This document shows positions 51,298-64,000 of a stretch of DNA of 64,000 bases, in pieces (positions within the stretch are counted from its first letter, which is position 1; each line of letters starts with the position of its first letter). The stretch is from Bugula neritina (lineage: Eukaryota; Animalia; Bryozoa). The translations under genes and the position numbers were made by a program. The stretch lies in contig OZ037770.1 of the NCBI GenBank assembly GCA_964035545.1, positions 8,934,973 through 8,998,972 on the forward strand, in the 5' to 3' direction. The notes below the pieces were generated by a model that was not told the origin of the DNA, searched no databases, and was given only the letters and a program-made list of their open reading frames with translations.

Positions 51298-51488
51298 TAG
51301 GGAGCAGTTGTGATCTAGGGGTTAGAGTGCTTGCCTGATAAACATAAAATAATGGCTTCAAACCCTGACAAAGGCCGTTGGTGATGTTAGGAAGAGCATC
51401 CAGTCATAATTGCTTTTGTGCCCCATCTAAATAAATCCTTAACACAATTTAGCAAAAACCGTTTCCATCAGGGTTTCTCACTTGCATG
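51298..51488 (+). mobile_element. tRNA-derived SINE, best-preserved copy (core resembles the MetaSINE central domain)
   Basis: Box A-like tgatctaggggttagagtgc, box B-like ggcttcaaacc, core ggtgatgttaggaagagcatccagtcataa. The MetaSINE label comes from recalled similarity to GTCAGGAAGGGCATCC and is unverified. Confidence 0.78.
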
Positions 51489-51529
51489 AGTTTTTTACAG
51501 TCAATGCATTGTATGATTATAGACAGTTC

Positions 51530-59332
<7,803 letters not shown>

Positions 59333-60338
59333 CTATAAAATATAAAATACATAACTTTAAGCAAATTTTTTGTGAAAGAGAATTTCAGTATTTTTAAGTC
59401 AAATTTTAAAAATCAGTAAGCTTTAAGCAAATTAAAACAACTATGTAAATAATCTTTTCTAACAAAGTTTTTACCATATTTTCTTTACCACATATAGCAC
59501 TCGTACATAGCTAAAAAATTTGAAGTCAATTAAATCTATATATTTATCATAAACATTATACCTGCTTCAGAAATACCAGTAGTATGTAAAATGGGTGTTT
59601 TGGACCACTTTTTTTGCCCTCCCCAAAAGTGAGTCCTGGACCAGTTTTTCTTTTTGAAAAAATATAAAACTTTGGAAAAGTGACGTAATTTTTTGAAAGA
59701 TTATAAATAGTTTAAGGGTTAACGACAATTTTGTTACAATAAAAGAGCAAAAGTTTGTTTTTAGAGCTAATGTTGTTGATGCTGAGAAGGTAGAACTGAG
59801 TGAAGTTTCTTGATGTGTACCACATGTAACACCCAGTTTTGAAATGCAAAATGATCTCAATAAAGGTATAGTTATAGAACATTATCTCTCATTCTAGTGT
59901 AATTATAACTAATTTTATTCATCGCCATTTATTTATACCAAAAATTATCTTAAAGCCTAGTCTTATTTTATACATTAATATAATTAAAATGCGAACTTAA
60001 CTCACTGAATTTAAGGTCAGTCTCACAGACTCAGCCCTGGGAATTTTTGCAAAATGTGCATTAATCATTACTGCACTGTAATAATCCATTGATACGCATG
60101 ATTGAACACACCTGTCAATCATCCGTGCTTACAATTATCTGATGGATCACCTCTAGTGGGACCTACATATTTATATGTTGTTGAATAACCTGTAGTTGTA
60201 CTGTTGTAAATTATACTTTTAATTGTAGAAGTATTGCTTTGTTTGCAAAATGAATTGTTAAATCACCTAAACAGGCAACTATAAACAAACCAGTTATAAT
60301 AACAAATACTTTTCTTAACAACATTTAGTATTAATATT

Positions 60339-61056
60339 TTAGTATTCCCTATGCTGTAATGATTGCCTGCATAGTAGACATCTAATAGATTTTATTGCCC
60401 ACTCTTTTATACACTCTTCATGGAAGGTGTGTTTGCACAGAGTAGCTACAGCTTTCTCTATAACATCTAAGCATACTGGGGATGGCTCTTTAGTCTCTAA
60501 TGGTGTTTATTCAACACTGTTAACTTCTGAATTATTTTCATCACTACTCACATCTGAATCATCTTCATTAAACTCACATACTCATTCTACTGCACTTTGC
60601 AATTCATCATTACTAATTTCAGCACAACCTTTTACATCAAAGGGTCTTACATAGTACTCTAATTTAGCTCACTCTACAGCATTATGTAATTCAGTATTAC
60701 TCGTTTCAGCATAACCTTTTACATCAAAGCGTCTTGCAGCACATTCATTACAAGCTCGTTCTACTGCACTTTGCAAAAAATCATCACTCATTTCAGCATA
60801 GCCTTCAATGCCAAAGCATCTTGCATCACTTTCATTACGCACTTCACTCGCTGTACTGTATTTCGCAGTTCATCATCACTCATTTCAGCATACCTTCTAT
60901 ACCTAAGTGTCTTACATAGTATTCTAATTTAGCTCACTCTACAGCATTATGTAATTCAGTGTTACTCGTTTCAGCATAGCCTTCAATACTATATTTTCTT
61001 GCATAATGTTCATTCACAATTCTACGTATTGCATTATTTAACTCAGTGTCACTCAT
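60339..61056 (-). pseudogene. Decayed intronless cargo gene: ~5.5 repeats of ~29 aa (Rho_N/HeH-like) + acidic linker + C-terminal RING-H2 finger
   Basis: Manual translation across 2 frameshifts and 4 stops: MSDTELNNAIRRIVNEHY ARKYSIEGYAETSNTELHNAVE*AKLEYY ... ARCFGIEGYAEMSDDFLQSAVERACNECA ... EDDSDVSSDENNSE ... SPVCLDVIEKAVATLCKHTFHEECIKEWAIKSIRCLLCRQSLQHREY*. Confidence 0.8.
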
Positions 61057-61160
61057 TCTAATACCCAATAGGAGAGAACCAGCAAATAAAAGCCTAATTT
61101 TCATGGCTCTCCAATCTATCAAAGCAAAAACCATCTTCAACCTACATCAATTTATACTTT

Positions 61161-61199
61161 CCATAGTGCCCATAGACTTTTGGTCTGTGGGCACTATGG
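61161..61199. other. 17-bp stem hairpin inside the Polinton-like element
   Basis: ccatagtgcccatagac-ttttg-gtctgtgggcactatgg (one G-T pair). Confidence 0.85.
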
Positions 61200-64000
61200 C
61201 ATCAAAAGTAGAGAATGGAGATGAATACATTTTTGAAGGATTAATTCACAGGCTGCTGCAAGAGCATATAAATCACTGGACCGGTTTGGTACAGGTTGCG
61301 CTTGCCGTAATATTGTAAACTTTTCCTCCTTTATTATAGCAAAAATAAACTTTTGCCCTTTTATTATAGGTAACAAAAATTATCTCTAACCCATAAACAA
61401 TTTATAATTTTTCAAAAATTACGGCACTTTTCCAAAGTTACATATTTTCTCAAAAGGAAAAACTGGTACAGAACACCCATCTTACGTACTACTAATATCA
61501 ATTCTATAAGCATGCTTACGCACTGCACAATCAGAGTATCAATTAAAGTTATATATATATATTAAAGCTATATATTATAGTATATATATACTCTATTTGT
61601 AATTCCTGTTTATAAATTTGGATGTGTTTTGCTTTCAGACAATGTAGCATATATATTGTCCCAAAAGAAACTGTAAAACAGTCATGAGTTTAGTTTTCAT
61701 TTTCTAATGATACATTTCTTTTCAATAATCTATAACAATTTTACAAAACTAATAAAACTTATGCTTAAAGAGTTTGCAATAGCTTACATAGCTTACAAAT
61801 TGCTTATTAGTGTTGACCAACCATATTTATTAGAAACATACCCATATAATTATCTTTTCTTGCAGCTCACAAAACTCAAGAAATTTTGGAAAGCAAGATT
61901 TGTTTCAAGTGTTAGCTTTGGGTTAAAGTGATGCTAATTTGCTTCAGGCCAAAGTAGACTTGTTGTTGCTAAATATTATAATGACATGCGAATAAGTTTA
62001 GTTGTTTTATGGGTCTACATAAATTTGGTCTAGAGTATATTAACAAACTGTAAAAGCTAAAAAGCATATTGAAAATTTATTTGTCAAAAAAATTTATCAT
62101 ACAAATATTACTTTTTTTCTAGAAAGTTAAGTATTTTCTGGCAATCAGAGTATTATAATTGCGCACCAACACTTATACATATTAGCATTAAATAACAATA
62201 TCACTTTATTCGTTGGGTATTATTATTATAACCTATTTTAATAACCATAAACTCTAGTTTTTATCTTAATTATCTACCATGTTATAATTATGACATATTG
62301 GTTGATTATTGATCACAGTTTCATTAGGAATAAGCTCAAGCAAGTTTTGTTGTCACCCAGCCATTAGGAAAATAATATGGTAACTATTCTAATATTAACA
62401 ATTTACTAAAAATGCTGTTAACCAACACAGGGGTATAGAGCATTCCCATGAGGAATTAGGTTTCAATTTAGCTACTTAATTTATTTAAATTGCAACCTCC
62501 AATGTTCATTTTGGACATGGGACTTTTTGTATATTTTTACTGAAAGCTTTACCGTTATTGTTTCCCCAACCATTAGTAGTTATATATATAACAGTTACAT
62601 TCAATTTAAAATGTTGAAAAGAGAAAGAAGACAACCCCTGTACTCAAATCAAAACCTTATGCCATCAACTCTACAAAGTTGGGAACATTTAGCATGAAAC
62701 TTGCATTGCAAAAAATAACTAAATTTTTTAGATGTACAACAGGTTTACTGTGGCTGATTACAAGCTTCCAATGAGGGAAAAACAAAGTTATGGGTGGTAA
62801 ATGTACTTACAGTTAAATAAAAAAGCTGACAGCAAATTACATCAGCTGAGTTAATTGTATTTCCAACTTGTGCTATCTATATTATGAGAAAATAAACAAG
62901 CTCATGCCCGCATTGGCTTTCTAACCCAAACTTTGTGCATGTGCGTATAAAGTGTAATTAAAATATACTTGCATAAAGAAGTAAACAGCAATTTATATTT
63001 TAGGCAAAAGCATAATGAACTATTTCTGTATTTGAGCAATAGTTCGTACAAGTAGAGCATGTACTCTTCATTTATAATACTTATCCTAAAATAACAGTGC
63101 ATATTTGAATGTTAATAAGCACTACATGTAATTTAAACAGCTGTAATAATAACCTATTGATTAACAAAATGTGTTTGTCAACATCTGTTCATTATCCTTT
63201 GAAAAGAAATGACCTGTCTCTTTGGGGCTGGCTGGGAATTTTAATGCACAATGGAACATGCCCATTCTTCACTATTTTCTTTGTTTTAAACTAAAACATT
63301 ATTTTTGTTCTGATGGGAGTGCTACTTGTTCTGTAGACATTTAATGTCTGGTGAGCTAGCACCAGCCACTACTTTAGAGTTATAAATTATATTGCAAATT
63401 TGTCTAAATTTGTCTCAGTCCAGCTAGATAATAAATAAAAGATTATAAAAGAAAAATAGTCAAAGAAGAACAAACGGTTTCATGAAGCTGGACTGTATGT
63501 TATAACTAAATAATATATTTTCTTATAACTACATGAGTGAAAGTTTCGTGCCTCTACATAGGATTGCAATTCTTAGCAAATCCAAATGGCTACACTACAA
63601 ACGTGATCATTTATGCATCTGGCTGTACTCAAAAAGTGGACCCTTTAAATATAACGCTTATGAGATTAGGCCATTACCGCAGCAACTTTTCATAGTAAGT
63701 TTAGCATTTTGACCACATGAAACTCACAAAATTAGCCTTCTGTGTATGAAAGTCAAACTCTTGTATTTATAACCGGCTAGCAACTTATAAACACATTATT
63801 CTCGACCATGTAATTTGAATCTTTTTTAAAAAGTGCAATGCTTTGTACTAACTGGCTAACAACTTATAAGTTATAGACTTATTGGTCTTGACCATGTCAT
63901 ATGAAAAACATTTTCAAAAAATGCAATGATCAGACTACAATGATGTATTTTAACTGTACTGATGAGAGGTCATGCAAAACAGTTGATTAATTTAATATTT

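Larger units (their letters stand above)
59578..61493. mobile_element. Non-autonomous Polinton/Maverick-like element (1916 bp)
   Basis: Starts AGTAGTAtgtaaaatgggtgtt and ends aacacccatcttacgTACTACT. TIRs ~59578-59771 and ~61332-61493. Flanks aatacc (59572-59577) and aatatc (61494-61499) form a 6-bp TSD with one mismatch. No polB, integrase or capsid ORF recognised. Confidence 0.8.

Noticed and set aside
59780-60330. Possible second decayed ORF (Cys-containing) within the Polinton-like element
   Set aside because: Too many stops and no recognisable motif by eye.
62805-62880. Candidate first exon of MCT copy B (minus-strand gtaagt donor near 62810)
   Set aside because: Only faint resemblance to copy A's first exon and no convincing ATG-led frame; not supportable.

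Overview
AT-rich, intron-rich eukaryotic DNA, probably from an invertebrate animal; the species cannot be determined from the sequence. I could build six spliced gene models by hand. TMEM138 (minus, 3 coding exons) sits head-to-head with TUBGCP2/GCP2 (plus, 20 coding exons, ~867 aa). Two tandem secreted SOUL/heme-binding-protein paralogs follow (plus). Two tandem SLC16/MCT10-like transporter paralogs come last (minus), and the left one carries an in-frame TAA. Bases 1-~2270 are an inverted copy of the SOUL upstream regions, which predicts a third SOUL gene just left of the window. Non-coding space holds MITEs, tRNA-derived SINEs, RTE/L2/Gypsy remnants, a 631-bp near-perfect palindrome and intron-specific minisatellites. 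The most unusual object is a 1.9-kb non-autonomous Polinton/Maverick-like element (59578-61493; AGTAGT termini, ~170-190-bp TIRs, 6-bp TSD). It carries a decayed intronless gene made of Rho_N/HeH-like repeats fused to a RING-H2 finger. Also notable are complementary (CA)n/(TG)n tracts bracketing one in-frame exon, and a minisatellite built from a duplicated splice acceptor. All family calls come from recalled protein motifs, not database searches.
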